Assembly: GCA_002269645.1 (NCBI GenBank)
Contig: NIVC01001035.1
Coordinates: forward strand, 62,001 to 126,000
Direction of reading: 5' to 3'
DNA: 64,000 bases
DNA from: Macrostomum lignano
Lineage: Eukaryota
This document shows, in pieces, positions 30,145 through 45,100 of this stretch. The translations under genes and the position numbers were made by a program. Positions within the stretch are counted from its first letter, which is position 1. The number at the start of each line of letters is the position of its first letter. The notes below the pieces were generated by a model. The model saw only the letters and a list, made by a program, of their open reading frames with translations, was not told the origin of the DNA and did no database searches.

Positions 30145-33100
30145 CCTGCGTATATCAGCCCCATTGAGTGTCATTTCTAAGCTCTCCATTTAATTCTATA
30201 TATTGACAGCGCAGCGCTACTTAGAGATTCTGAGAGTAGCGGGCTCTGCGTCATCTTTGCACCTGTGTATATCAGCCCCATTGAGTGTCATTTCTAAGCT
30301 CTCCATTTAATTCTATATATTGACAGCGCAGCGCTAGTTAGAGATTCTGAGAGTAGCGGGCTCTGCGTCATCTTTGCACCTGTGTATATCAGCCCCATTG
30401 AGTGTCATTTCTAAGCTCTCCATTTGATTCTATATATTGACAGCGCTAGTTAGAGATGCTGGGAGTAGCGGGCTCTGCGTCATCTTTGCACCTGTGTATA
30501 TCAGCCCCATTAAGTGTCATTTCTAAGCTCTCCATTTGATTCTATATATTGACAGCGCTAGTTAGAGATTCTGAGAGTAGCGGGCTCTGCGTCATCTTTG
30601 CACCTGCGTATATCAGCCCCATTGAGTGTCATTTCTAAGCTCTCCATTTGATTCTATATATTGACAGCGCAGCGCTAGTTAGAGATTCTGAGAGTAGCGG
30701 GCTCTGCGTCATCTTTGCACCTGTGTATATCAGCCCCATTGAGTGTCATTTCTAAGCTCTCCATTTGATTCTATATATTGACAGCGCAGCGCTACTTAGA
30801 GATTCTGAGAGTAGCGGGCTCTGCGTCATCTTTGCACCTGTGTATATCAGCCCCATTGAGTGTCATTTCTAAGCTCTCCATTTGATTCTATATATTGACA
30901 GCGCTAGTTAGAGATTTTGAGAGTAGCGGGCTCTGCGTCATCTTTGCACCTGCGTATATCAGCCCCATTGAGTGTCATTTCTAAGCTCTCCATTTGATTC
31001 TATATATTGACAGCGCTAGTTAGAGATTCTGAGAGTAGCGGGCTCTGCGTCATCTTTGCACCTGTGTATATCAGCCCCATTGAGTGTCATTTCTAAGCTC
31101 TCCATTTGATTCTATATATTGACAGCGCTAGTTAGAGATTCTGAGAGTAGCGGGCTCTGCGTCATCTTTGCACCTGCGTATATCAGCCCCATTGAGTGTC
31201 ATTTCTAAGCTCTCCATTTGATTCTATATATTGACAGCGCAGCGCTAGTTAGAGATTCTGAGAGTAGCGGGCTCTGCGTCATCTTTGCACCTGCGTATAT
31301 CAGCCCCATTGAGTGTCATTTCTAAGCTCTCCATTTGATTCTATATATTGACAGCGCAGCGCTAGTTAGAGATTCTGAGAGTAGCGGGCTCTGCGTCATC
31401 TTTGCACCTGTGTATATCAGCCCCATTGAGTGTCATTTCTAAGCTCTCCATTTGATTCTATATATTGACAGCGCAGCGCTAGTTAGAGATTCTGAGAGTA
31501 GCGGGCTCTGCGTCATCTTTGCACCTGTGTATATCAGCCCCATTGAGTGTCATTTCTAAGCTCTCCATTTATTCTATATATTGACAGCGCAGCGCTAGTT
31601 AGAGATTCTGAGAGTAGCGGGCTCTGCGTCATCTTTGCACCTGCGTATATCAGCCCCATTGAGTGTCATTTCTAAGCTCTCCATTTGATTCTATATATTG
31701 ACAGCGCTAGTTAGAGATTCTGAGAGTAGCGGGCTCTGCGTCATCTTTGCACCTGTGTATATCAGCCCCATTGAGTGTCATTTCTAAGCTCTCCATTTGA
31801 TTCTATATATTGACAGCGCAGCGCTAGTTAGAGATTCTGAGAGTAGCGGGCTCTGCGTCATCTTTGCACCTGTGTATATCAGCCCCATTGAGTGTCATTT
31901 CTAAGCTCTCCATTTGATTCTATATATTGACAGCGCTAGTTAGAGATTCTGAGAGTAGCGGGCTCTGCGTCATCTTTGCACCTGTGTATATCAGCCCCAT
32001 TGAGTGTCATTTCTAAGCTCTCCATTTGATTCTATATATTGACAGCGCTAGTTAGAGATTCTGAGAGTAGCGGGCTCTGCGTCATCTTTGCACCTGTGTA
32101 TATCAGCCCCATTGAGTGTCATTTCTAAGCTCTCCATTTGATTCTATATATTGACAGCGCTAGTTAGAGATTCTGAGAGTAGCGGGCTCTGCGTCATCTT
32201 TGCACCTGTGTATATCAGCCCCATTGAGTGTCATTTCTAAGCTCTCCATTTGATTCTATATATTGACAGCGCTAGTTAGAGATTCTGAGAGTAGCGGGCT
32301 CTGCGTCATCTTTGCACCTGTGTATATCAGCCCCATTGAGTGTCATTTCTAAGCTCTCCATTTGATTCTATATATTGACAGCGCTAGTTAGAGATTCTGA
32401 GAGTAGCGGGCTCTGCGTCATCTTTGCACCTGCGTATATCAGCCCCATTGAGTGTCATTTCTAAGCTCTCCATTTGATTCTATATATTGACAGCGCTAGT
32501 TAGAGATTCTGAGAGTAGCGGGCTCTGCGTCATCTTTGCACCTGTGTATATCAGCCCCATTGAGTGTCATTTCTAAGCTCTCCATTTGATTCTATATATT
32601 GACAGCGCTAGTTAGAGATTCTGAGAGTAGCGGGCTCTGCGTCATCTTTGCACCTGTGTATATCAGCCCCATTGAGTGTCATTTCTAAGCTCTCCATTTG
32701 ATTCTATATATTGACAGCGCTAGTTAGAGATTCTGAGAGTAGCGGGCTCTGCGTCATCTTTGCACCTGTGTATATCAGCCCCATTGAGTGTCATTTCTAA
32801 GCTCTCCATTTGATTCTATATATTGACAGCGCTAGTTAGAGATTCTGAGAGTAGCGGGCTCTGCGTCATCTTTGCACCTGTGTATATCAGCCCCATTGAG
32901 TGTCATTTCTAAGCTCTCCATTTGATTCTATATATTGACAGCGCTAGTTAGAGATTCTGAGAGTAGCGGGCTCTGCGTCATCTTTGCACCTGTGTATATC
33001 AGCCCCATTGAGTGTCATTTCTAAGCTCTCCATTTGATTCTATATATTGACAGCGCTAGTTAGAGATTCTGAGAGTAGCGGGCTCTGCGTCATCTTTGCA

Positions 33101-36100
33101 CCTGTGTATATCAGCCCCATTGAGTGTCATTTCTAAGCTCTCCATTTGATTCTATATATTGACAGCGCTAGTTAGAGATTCTGAGAGTAGCGGGCTCTGC
33201 GTCATCTTTGCACCTGTGTATATCAGCCCCATTGAGTGTCATTTCTAAGCTCTCCATTTGATTCTATATATTGACAGCGCTAGTTAGAGATTCTGAGAGT
33301 AGCGGGCTCTGCGTCATCTTTGCACCTGTGTATATCAGCCCCATTGAGTGTCATTTCTAAGCTCTCCATTTGATTCTATATATTGACAGCGCTAGTTAGA
33401 GATTCTGAGAGTAGCGGGCTCTGCGTCATCTTTGCACCTGTGTATATCAGCCCCATTGAGTGTCATTTCTAAGCTCTCCATTTGATTCTATATATTGACA
33501 GCGCTAGTTAGAGATTCTGAGAGTAGCGGGCTCTGCGTCATCTTTGCACCTGTGTATATCAGCCCCATTGAGTGTCATTTCTAAGCTCTCCATTTGATTC
33601 TATATATTGACAGCGCTAGTTAGAGATTCTGAGAGTAGCGGGCTCTGCGTCATCTTTGCACCTGTGTATATCAGCCCCATTGAGTGTCATTTCTAAGCTC
33701 TCCATTTGATTCTATATATTGACAGCGCTAGTTAGAGATTCTGAGAGTAGCGGGCTCTGCGTCATCTTTGCACCTGTGTATATCAGCCCCATTGAGTGTC
33801 ATTTCTAAGCTCTCCATTTGATTCTATATATTGACAGCGCTAGTTAGAGATTCTGAGAGTAGCGGGCTCTGCGTCATCTTTGCACCTGTGTATATCAGCC
33901 CCATTGAGTGTCATTTCTAAGCTCTCCATTTGATTCTATATATTGACAGCGCTAGTTAGAGATTCTGAGAGTAGCGGGCTCTGCGTCATCTTTGCACCTG
34001 TGTATATCAGCCCCATTGAGTGTCATTTCTAAGCTCTCCATTTGATTCTATATATTGACAGCGCTAGTTAGAGATTCTGAGAGTAGCGGGCTCTGCGTCA
34101 TCTTTGCACCTGTGTATATCAGCCCCATTGAGTGTCATTTCTAAGCTCTCCATTTGATTCTATATATTGACAGCGCTAGTTAGAGATTCTGAGAGTAGCG
34201 GGCTCTGCGTCATCTTTGCACCTGTGTATATCAGCCCCATTGAGTGTCATTTCTAAGCTCTCCATTTGATTCTATATATTGACAGCGCTAGTTAGAGATT
34301 CTGAGAGTAGCGGGCTCTGCGTCATCTTTGCACCTGTGTATATCAGCCCCATTGAGTGTCATTTCTAAGCTCTCCATTTGATTCTATATATTGACAGCGC
34401 TAGTTAGAGATTCTGAGAGTAGCGGGCTCTGCGTCATCTTTGCACCTGTGTATATCAGCCCCATTGAGTGTCATTTCTAAGCTCTCCATTTGATTCTATA
34501 TATTGACAGCGCTAGTTAGAGATTCTGAGAGTAGCGGGCTCTGCGTCATCTTTGCACCTGTGTATATCAGCCCCATTGAGTGTCATTTCTAAGCTCTCCA
34601 TTTGATTCTATATATTGACAGCGCTAGTTAGAGATTCTGAGAGTAGCGGGCTCTGCGTCATCTTTGCACCTGTGTATATCAGCCCCATTGAGTGTCATTT
34701 CTAAGCTCTCCATTTGATTCTATATATTGACAGCGCTAGTTAGAGATTCTGAGAGTAGCGGGCTCTGCGTCATCTTTGCACCTGTGTATATCAGCCCCAT
34801 TGAGTGTCATTTCTAAGCTCTCCATTTGATTCTATATATTGACAGCGCTAGTTAGAGATTCTGAGAGTAGCGGGCTCTGCGTCATCTTTGCACCTGTGTA
34901 TATCAGCCCCATTGAGTGTCATTTCTAAGCTCTCCATTTGATTCTATATATTGACAGCGCTAGTTAGAGATTCTGAGAGTAGCGGGCTCTGCGTCATCTT
35001 TGCACCTGTGTATATCAGCCCCATTGAGTGTCATTTCTAAGCTCTCCATTTGATTCTATATATTGACAGCGCTAGTTAGAGATTCTGAGAGTAGCGGGCT
35101 CTGCGTCATCTTTGCACCTGTGTATATCAGCCCCATTGAGTGTCATTTCTAAGCTCTCCATTTGATTCTATATATTGACAGCGCTAGTTAGAGATTCTGA
35201 GAGTAGCGGGCTCTGCGTCATCTTTGCACCTGTGTATATCAGCCCCATTGAGTGTCATTTCTAAGCTCTCCATTTGATTCTATATATTGACAGCGCTAGT
35301 TAGAGATTCTGAGAGTAGCGGGCTCTGCGTCATCTTTGCACCTGTGTATATCAGCCCCATTGAGTGTCATTTCTAAGCTCTCCATTTGATTCTATATATT
35401 GACAGCGCTAGTTAGAGATTCTGAGAGTAGCGGGCTCTGCGTCATCTTTGCACCTGTGTATATCAGCCCCATTGAGTGTCATTTCTAAGCTCTCCATTTG
35501 ATTCTATATATTGACAGCGCTAGTTAGAGATTCTGAGAGTAGCGGGCTCTGCGTCATCTTTGCACCTGTGTATATCAGCCCCATTGAGTGTCATTTCTAA
35601 GCTCTCCATTTGATTCTATATATTGACAGCGCTAGTTAGAGATTCTGAGAGTAGCGGGCTCTGCGTCATCTTTGCACCTGTGTATATCAGCCCCATTGAG
35701 TGTCATTTCTAAGCTCTCCATTTGATTCTATATATTGACAGCGCTAGTTAGAGATTCTGAGAGTAGCGGGCTCTGCGTCATCTTTGCACCTGTGTATATC
35801 AGCCCCATTGAGTGTCATTTCTAAGCTCTCCATTTGATTCTATATATTGACAGCGCTAGTTAGAGATTCTGAGAGTAGCGGGCTCTGCGTCATCTTTGCA
35901 CCTGTGTATATCAGCCCCATTGAGTGTCATTTCTAAGCTCTCCATTTGATTCTATATATTGACAGCGCTAGTTAGAGATTCTGAGAGTAGCGGGCTCTGC
36001 GTCATCTTTGCACCTGTGTATATCAGCCCCATTGAGTGTCATTTCTAAGCTCTCCATTTGATTCTATATATTGACAGCGCTAGTTAGAGATTCTGAGAGT

Positions 36101-39100
36101 AGCGGGCTCTGCGTCATCTTTGCACCTGTGTATATCAGCCCCATTGAGTGTCATTTCTAAGCTCTCCATTTGATTCTATATATTGACAGCGCTAGTTAGA
36201 GATTCTGAGAGTAGCGGGCTCTGCGTCATCTTTGCACCTGTGTATATCAGCCCCATTGAGTGTCATTTCTAAGCTCTCCATTTGATTCTATATATTGACA
36301 GCGCTAGTTAGAGATTCTGAGAGTAGCGGGCTCTGCGTCATCTTTGCACCTGTGTATATCAGCCCCATTGAGTGTCATTTCTAAGCTCTCCATTTGATTC
36401 TATATATTGACAGCGCTAGTTAGAGATTCTGAGAGTAGCGGGCTCTGCGTCATCTTTGCACCTGTGTATATCAGCCCCATTGAGTGTCATTTCTAAGCTC
36501 TCCATTTGATTCTATATATTGACAGCGCTAGTTAGAGATTCTGAGAGTAGCGGGCTCTGCGTCATCTTTGCACCTGTGTATATCAGCCCCATTGAGTGTC
36601 ATTTCTAAGCTCTCCATTTGATTCTATATATTGACAGCGCTAGTTAGAGATTCTGAGAGTAGCGGGCTCTGCGTCATCTTTGCACCTGTGTATATCAGCC
36701 CCATTGAGTGTCATTTCTAAGCTCTCCATTTGATTCTATATATTGACAGCGCTAGTTAGAGATTCTGAGAGTAGCGGGCTCTGCGTCATCTTTGCACCTG
36801 TGTATATCAGCCCCATTGAGTGTCATTTCTAAGCTCTCCATTTGATTCTATATATTGACAGCGCTAGTTAGAGATTCTGAGAGTAGCGGGCTCTGCGTCA
36901 TCTTTGCACCTGTGTATATCAGCCCCATTGAGTGTCATTTCTAAGCTCTCCATTTGATTCTATATATTGACAGCGCTAGTTAGAGATTCTGAGAGTAGCG
37001 GGCTCTGCGTCATCTTTGCACCTGTGTATATCAGCCCCATTGAGTGTCATTTCTAAGCTCTCCATTTGATTCTATATATTGACAGCGCTAGTTAGAGATT
37101 CTGAGAGTAGCGGGCTCTGCGTCATCTTTGCACCTGTGTATATCAGCCCCATTGAGTGTCATTTCTAAGCTCTCCATTTGATTCTATATATTGACAGCGC
37201 TAGTTAGAGATTCTGAGAGTAGCGGGCTCTGCGTCATCTTTGCACCTGTGTATATCAGCCCCATTGAGTGTCATTTCTAAGCTCTCCATTTGATTCTATA
37301 TATTGACAGCGCTAGTTAGAGATTCTGAGAGTAGCGGGCTCTGCGTCATCTTTGCACCTGTGTATATCAGCCCCATTGAGTGTCATTTCTAAGCTCTCCA
37401 TTTGATTCTATATATTGACAGCGCTAGTTAGAGATTCTGAGAGTAGCGGGCTCTGCGTCATCTTTGCACCTGTGTATATCAGCCCCATTGAGTGTCATTT
37501 CTAAGCTCTCCATTTGATTCTATATATTGACAGCGCTAGTTAGAGATTCTGAGAGTAGCGGGCTCTGCGTCATCTTTGCACCTGTGTATATCAGCCCCAT
37601 TGAGTGTCATTTCTAAGCTCTCCATTTGATTCTATATATTGACAGCGCTAGTTAGAGATTCTGAGAGTAGCGGGCTCTGCGTCATCTTTGCACCTGTGTA
37701 TATCAGCCCCATTGAGTGTCATTTCTAAGCTCTCCATTTGATTCTATATATTGACAGCGCTAGTTAGAGATTCTGAGAGTAGCGGGCTCTGCGTCATCTT
37801 TGCACCTGTGTATATCAGCCCCATTGAGTGTCATTTCTAAGCTCTCCATTTGATTCTATATATTGACAGCGCTAGTTAGAGATTCTGAGAGTAGCGGGCT
37901 CTGCGTCATCTTTGCACCTGTGTATATCAGCCCCATTGAGTGTCATTTCTAAGCTCTCCATTTGATTCTATATATTGACAGCGCTAGTTAGAGATTCTGA
38001 GAGTAGCGGGCTCTGCGTCATCTTTGCACCTGTGTATATCAGCCCCATTGAGTGTCATTTCTAAGCTCTCCATTTGATTCTATATATTGACAGCGCTAGT
38101 TAGAGATTCTGAGAGTAGCGGGCTCTGCGTCATCTTTGCACCTGTGTATATCAGCCCCATTGAGTGTCATTTCTAAGCTCTCCATTTGATTCTATATATT
38201 GACAGCGCTAGTTAGAGATTCTGAGAGTAGCGGGCTCTGCGTCATCTTTGCACCTGTGTATATCAGCCCCATTGAGTGTCATTTCTAAGCTCTCCATTTG
38301 ATTCTATATATTGACAGCGCTAGTTAGAGATTCTGAGAGTAGCGGGCTCTGCGTCATCTTTGCACCTGTGTATATCAGCCCCATTGAGTGTCATTTCTAA
38401 GCTCTCCATTTGATTCTATATATTGACAGCGCTAGTTAGAGATTCTGAGAGTAGCGGGCTCTGCGTCATCTTTGCACCTGTGTATATCAGCCCCATTGAG
38501 TGTCATTTCTAAGCTCTCCATTTGATTCTATATATTGACAGCGCTAGTTAGAGATTCTGAGAGTAGCGGGCTCTGCGTCATCTTTGCACCTGTGTATATC
38601 AGCCCCATTGAGTGTCATTTCTAAGCTCTCCATTTGATTCTATATATTGACAGCGCTAGTTAGAGATTCTGAGAGTAGCGGGCTCTGCGTCATCTTTGCA
38701 CCTGTGTATATCAGCCCCATTGAGTGTCATTTCTAAGCTCTCCATTTGATTCTATATATTGACAGCGCTAGTTAGAGATTCTGAGAGTAGCGGGCTCTGC
38801 GTCATCTTTGCACCTGTGTATATCAGCCCCATTGAGTGTCATTTCTAAGCTCTCCATTTGATTCTATATATTGACAGCGCTAGTTAGAGATTCTGAGAGT
38901 AGCGGGCTCTGCGTCATCTTTGCACCTGTGTATATCAGCCCCATTGAGTGTCATTTCTAAGCTCTCCATTTGATTCTATATATTGACAGCGCTAGTTAGA
39001 GATTCTGAGAGTAGCGGGCTCTGCGTCATCTTTGCACCTGTGTATATCAGCCCCATTGAGTGTCATTTCTAAGCTCTCCATTTGATTCTATATATTGACA

Positions 39101-42100
39101 GCGCTAGTTAGAGATTCTGAGAGTAGCGGGCTCTGCGTCATCTTTGCACCTGTGTATATCAGCCCCATTGAGTGTCATTTCTAAGCTCTCCATTTGATTC
39201 TATATATTGACAGCGCTAGTTAGAGATTCTGAGAGTAGCGGGCTCTGCGTCATCTTTGCACCTGTGTATATCAGCCCCATTGAGTGTCATTTCTAAGCTC
39301 TCCATTTGATTCTATATATTGACAGCGCTAGTTAGAGATTCTGAGAGTAGCGGGCTCTGCGTCATCTTTGCACCTGTGTATATCAGCCCCATTGAGTGTC
39401 ATTTCTAAGCTCTCCATTTGATTCTATATATTGACAGCGCTAGTTAGAGATTCTGAGAGTAGCGGGCTCTGCGTCATCTTTGCACCTGTGTATATCAGCC
39501 CCATTGAGTGTCATTTCTAAGCTCTCCATTTGATTCTATATATTGACAGCGCTAGTTAGAGATTCTGAGAGTAGCGGGCTCTGCGTCATCTTTGCACCTG
39601 TGTATATCAGCCCCATTGAGTGTCATTTCTAAGCTCTCCATTTGATTCTATATATTGACAGCGCTAGTTAGAGATTCTGAGAGTAGCGGGCTCTGCGTCA
39701 TCTTTGCACCTGTGTATATCAGCCCCATTGAGTGTCATTTCTAAGCTCTCCATTTGATTCTATATATTGACAGCGCTAGTTAGAGATTCTGAGAGTAGCG
39801 GGCTCTGCGTCATCTTTGCACCTGCGTATATCAGCCCCATTGAGTGTCATTTCTAAGCTCTCCATTTGATTCTATATATTGACAGCGCTAGTTAGAGATT
39901 CTGAGAGTAGCGGGCTCTGCGTCATCTTTGCACCTGTGTATATCAGCCCCATTGAGTGTCATTTCTAAGCTCTCCATTTGATTCTATATATTGACAGCGC
40001 TAGTTAGAGATTCTGAGAGTAGCGGGCTCTGCGTCATCTTTGCACCTGCGTATATCAGCCCCATTGAGTGTCATTTCTAAGCTCTCCATTTGATTCTATA
40101 TATTGACAGCGCTAGTTAGAGATTCTGAGAGTAGCGGGCTCTGCGTCATCTTTGCACCTGTATATCAGCCCCATTGAGTGTCATTTCTAAGCTCTCCATT
40201 TGATTCTATATATTGACAGCGCTAGTTAGAGATTCTGAGAGTAGCGGGCTCTGCGTCATCTTTGCACCTGTGTATATCAGCCCCATTGAGTGTCATTTCT
40301 AAGCTCTCCATTTGATTCTATATATTGACAGCGCTAGTTAGAGATTCTGAGAGTAGCGGGCTCTGCGTCATCTTTGCACCTGTGTATATCAGCCCCATTG
40401 AGTGTCATTTCTAAGCTCTCCATTTGATTCTATATATTGACAGCGCTAGTTAGAGATTCTGAGAGTAGCGGGCTCTGCGTCATCTTTGCACCTGTGTATA
40501 TCAGCCCCATTGAGTGTCATTTCTAAGCTCTCCATTTGATTCTATATATTGACAGCGCTAGTTAGAGATTCTGAGAGTAGCGGGCTCTGCGTCATCTTTG
40601 CACCTGTGTATATCAGCCCCATTGAGTGTCATTTCTAAGCTCTCCATTTGATTCTATATATTGACAGCGCTAGTTAGAGATTCTGAGAGTAGCGGGCTCT
40701 GCGTCATCTTTGCACCTGTGTATATCAGCCCCATTGAGTGTCATTTCTAAGCTCTCCATTTGATTCTATATATTGACAGCGCTAGTTAGAGATTCTGAGA
40801 GTAGCGGGCTCTGCGTCATCTTTGCACCTGTGTATATCAGCCCCATTGAGTGTCATTTCTAAGCTCTCCATTTGATTCTATATATTGACAGCGCTAGTTA
40901 GAGATTCTGAGAGTAGCGGGCTCTGCGTCATCTTTGCACCTGTGTATATCAGCCCCATTGAGTGTCATTTCTAAGCTCTCCATTTGATTCTATATATTGA
41001 CAGCGCTAGTTAGAGATTCTGAGAGTAGCGGGCTCTGCGTCATCTTTGCACCTGTGTATATCAGCCCCATTGAGTGTCATTTCTAAGCTCTCCATTTGAT
41101 TCTATATATTGACAGCGCTAGTTAGAGATTCTGAGAGTAGCGGGCTCTGCGTCATCTTTGCACCTGCGTATATCAGCCCCATTGAGTGTCATTTCTAAGC
41201 TCTCCATTTGATTCTATATATTGACAGCGCTAGTTAGAGATTCTGAGAGTAGCGGGCTCTGCGTCATCTTTGCACCTGTGTATATCAGCCCCATTGAGTG
41301 TCATTTCTAAGCTCTCCATTTGATTCTATATATTGACAGCGCTAGTTAGAGATTCTGAGAGTAGCGGGCTCTGCGTCATCTTTGCACCTGCGTATATCAG
41401 CCCCATTGAGTGTCATTTCTAAGCTCTCCATTTGATTCTATATATTGACAGCGCTAGTTAGAGATTCTGAGAGTAGCGGGCTCTGCGTCATCTTTGCACC
41501 TGCGTATATCAGCCCCATTGAGTGTCATTTCTAAGCTCTCCATTTGATTCTATATATTGACAGCGCTAGTTAGAGATTCTGAGAGTAGCGGGCTCTGCGT
41601 CATCTTTGCACCTGCGTATATCAGCCCCATTGAGTGTCATTTCTAAGCTCTCCATTTGATTCTATATATTGACAGCGCTAGTTAGAGATTCTGAGAGTAG
41701 CGGGCTCTGCGTCATCTTTGCACCTGCGTATATCAGCCCCATTGAGTGTCATTTCTAAGCTCTCCATTTGATTCTATATATTGACAGCGCTAGTTAGAGA
41801 TTCTGAGAGTAGCGGGCTCTGCGTCATCTTTGCACCTGCGTATATCAGCCCCATTGAGTGTCATTTCTAAGCTCTCCATTTGATTCTATATATTGACAGC
41901 GCTAGTTAGAGATTCTGAGAGTAGCGGGCTCTGCGTCATCTTTGCACCTGCGTATATCAGCCCCATTGAGTGTCATTTCTAAGCTCTCCATTTGATTCTA
42001 TATATTGACAGCGCTAGTTAGAGATTCTGAGAGTAGCGGGCTCTGCGTCATCTTTGCACCTGCGTATATCAGCCCCATTGAGTGTCATTTCTAAGCTCTC

Positions 42101-45100
42101 CATTTGATTCTATATATTGACAGCGCTAGTTAGAGATTCTGAGAGTAGCGGGCTCTGCGTCATCTTTGCACCTGTGTATATCAGCCCCATTGAGTGTCAT
42201 TTCTAAGCTCTCCATTTGATTCTATATATTGACAGCGCTAGTTAGAGATTCTGAGAGTAGCGGGCTCTGCGTCATCTTTGCACCTGTGTATATCAGCCCC
42301 ATTGAGTGTCATTTCTAAGCTCTCCATTTGATTCTATATATTGACAGCGCTAGTTAGAGATTCTGAGAGTAGCGGGCTCTGCGTCATCTTTGCACCTGTG
42401 TATATCAGCCCCATTGAGTGTCATTTCTAAGCTCTCCATTTGATTCTATATATTGACAGCGCTAGTTAGAGATTCTGAGAGTAGCGGGCTCTGCGTCATC
42501 TTTGCACCTGCGTATATCAGCCCCATTGAGTGTCATTTCTAAGCTCTCCATTTGATTCTATATATTGACAGCGCTAGTTAGAGATTCTGAGAGTAGCGGG
42601 CTCTGCGTCATCTTTGCACCTGCGTATATCAGCCCCATTGAGTGTCATTTCTAAGCTCTCCATTTGATTCTATATATTGACAGCGCTAGTTAGAGATTCT
42701 GAGAGTAGCGGGCTCTGCGTCATCTTTGCACCTGCGTATATCAGCCCCATTGAGTGTCATTTCTAAGCTCTCCATTTGATTCTATATATTGACAGCGCTA
42801 GTTAGAGATTCTGAGAGTAGCGGGCTCTGCGTCATCTTTGCACCTGCGTATATCAGCCCCATTGAGTGTCATTTCTAAGCTCTCCATTTGATTCTATATA
42901 TTGACAGCGCTAGTTAGAGATTCTGAGAGTAGCGGGCTCTGCGTCATCTTTGCACCTGCGTATATCAGCCCCATTGAGTGTCATTTCTAAGCTCTCCATT
43001 TGATTCTATATATTGACAGCGCTAGTTAGAGATTCTGAGAGTAGCGGGCTCTGCGTCATCTTTGCACCTGCGTATATCAGCCCCATTGAGTGTCATTTCT
43101 AAGCTCTCCATTTGATTCTATATATTGACAGCGCTAGTTAGAGATTCTGAGAGTAGCGGGCTCTGCGTCATCTTTGCACCTGCGTATATCAGCCCCATTG
43201 AGTGTCATTTCTAAGCTCTCCATTTGATTCTATATATTGACAGCGCTAGTTAGAGATTCTGAGAGTAGCGGGCTCTGCGTCATCTTTGCACCTGCGTATA
43301 TCAGCCCCATTGAGTGTCATTTCTAAGCTCTCCATTTGATTCTATATATTGACAGCGCTAGTTAGAGATTCTGAGAGTAGCGGGCTCTGCGTCATCTTTG
43401 CACCTGCGTATATCAGCCCCATTGAGTGTCATTTCTAAGCTCTCCATTTGATTCTATATATTGACAGCGCTAGTTAGAGATTCTGAGAGTAGCGGGCTCT
43501 GCGTCATCTTTGCACCTGCGTATATCAGCCCCATTGAGTGTCATTTCTAAGCTCTCCATTTGATTCTATATATTGACAGCGCTAGTTAGAGATTCTGAGA
43601 GTAGCGGGCTCTGCGTCATCTTTGCACCTGTGTATATCAGCCCCATTGAGTGTCATTTCTAAGCTCTCCATTTGATTCTATATATTGACAGCGCTAGTTA
43701 GAGATTCTGAGAGTAGCGGGCTCTGCGTCATCTTTGCACCTGTATATCAGCCCCATTGAGTGTCATTTCTAAGCTCTCCATTTGATTCTATATATTGACA
43801 GCGCTAGTTAGAGATTCTGAGAGTAGCGGGCTCTGCGTCATCTTTGCACCTGCGTATATCAGCCCCATTGAGTGTCATTTCTAAGCTCTCCATTTGATTC
43901 TATATATTGACAGCGCTAGTTAGAGATTCTGAGAGTAGCGGGCTCTGCGTCATCTTTGCACCTGCGTATATCAGCCCCATTGAGTGTCATTTCTAAGCTC
44001 TCCATTTGATTCTATATATTGACAGCGCTAGTTAGAGATTCTGAGAGTAGCGGGCTCTGCGTCATCTTTGCACCTGTGTATATCAGCCCCATTGAGTGTC
44101 ATTTCTAAGCTCTCCATTTGATTCTATATATTGACAGCGCTAGTTAGAGATTCTGAGAGTAGCGGGCTCTGCGTCATCTTTGCACCTGCGTATATCAGCC
44201 CCATTGAGTGTCATTTCTAAGCTCTCCATTTGATTCTATATATTGACAGCGCTAGTTAGAGATTCTGAGAGTAGCGGGCTCTGCGTCATCTTTGCACCTG
44301 CGTATATCAGCCCCATTGAGTGTCATTTCTAAGCTCTCCATTTGATTCTATATATTGACAGCGCTAGTTAGAGATTCTGAGAGTAGCGGGCTCTGCGTCA
44401 TCTTTGCACCTGCGTATATCAGCCCCATTGAGTGTCATTTCTAAGCTCTCCATTTGATTCTATATATTGACAGCGCTAGTTAGAGATTCTGAGAGTAGCG
44501 GGCTCTGCGTCATCTTTGCACCTGCGTATATCAGCCCCATTGAGTGTCATTTCTAAGCTCTCCATTTGATTCTATATATTGACAGCGCTAGTTAGAGATT
44601 CTGAGAGTAGCGGGCTCTGCGTCATCTTTGCACCTGCGTATATCAGCCCCATTGAGTGTCATTTCTAAGCTCTCCATTTGATTCTATATATTGACAGCGC
44701 TAGTTAGAGATTCTGAGAGTAGCGGGCTCTGCGTCATCTTTGCACCTGCGTATATCAGCCCCATTGAGTGTCATTTCTAAGCTCTCCATTTGATTCTATA
44801 TATTGACAGCGCTAGTTAGAGATTCTGAGAGTAGCGGGCTCTGCGTCATCTTTGCACCTGCGTATATCAGCCCCATTGAGTGTCATTTCTAAGCTCTCCA
44901 TTTGATTCTATATATTGACAGCGCTAGTTAGAGATTCTGAGAGTAGCGGGCTCTGCGTCATCTTTGCACCTGCGTATATCAGCCCCATTGAGTGTCATTT
45001 CTAAGCTCTCCATTTGATTCTATATATTGACAGCGCTAGTTAGAGATTCTGAGAGTAGCGGGCTCTGCGTCATCTTTGCACCTGCGTATATCAGCCCCAT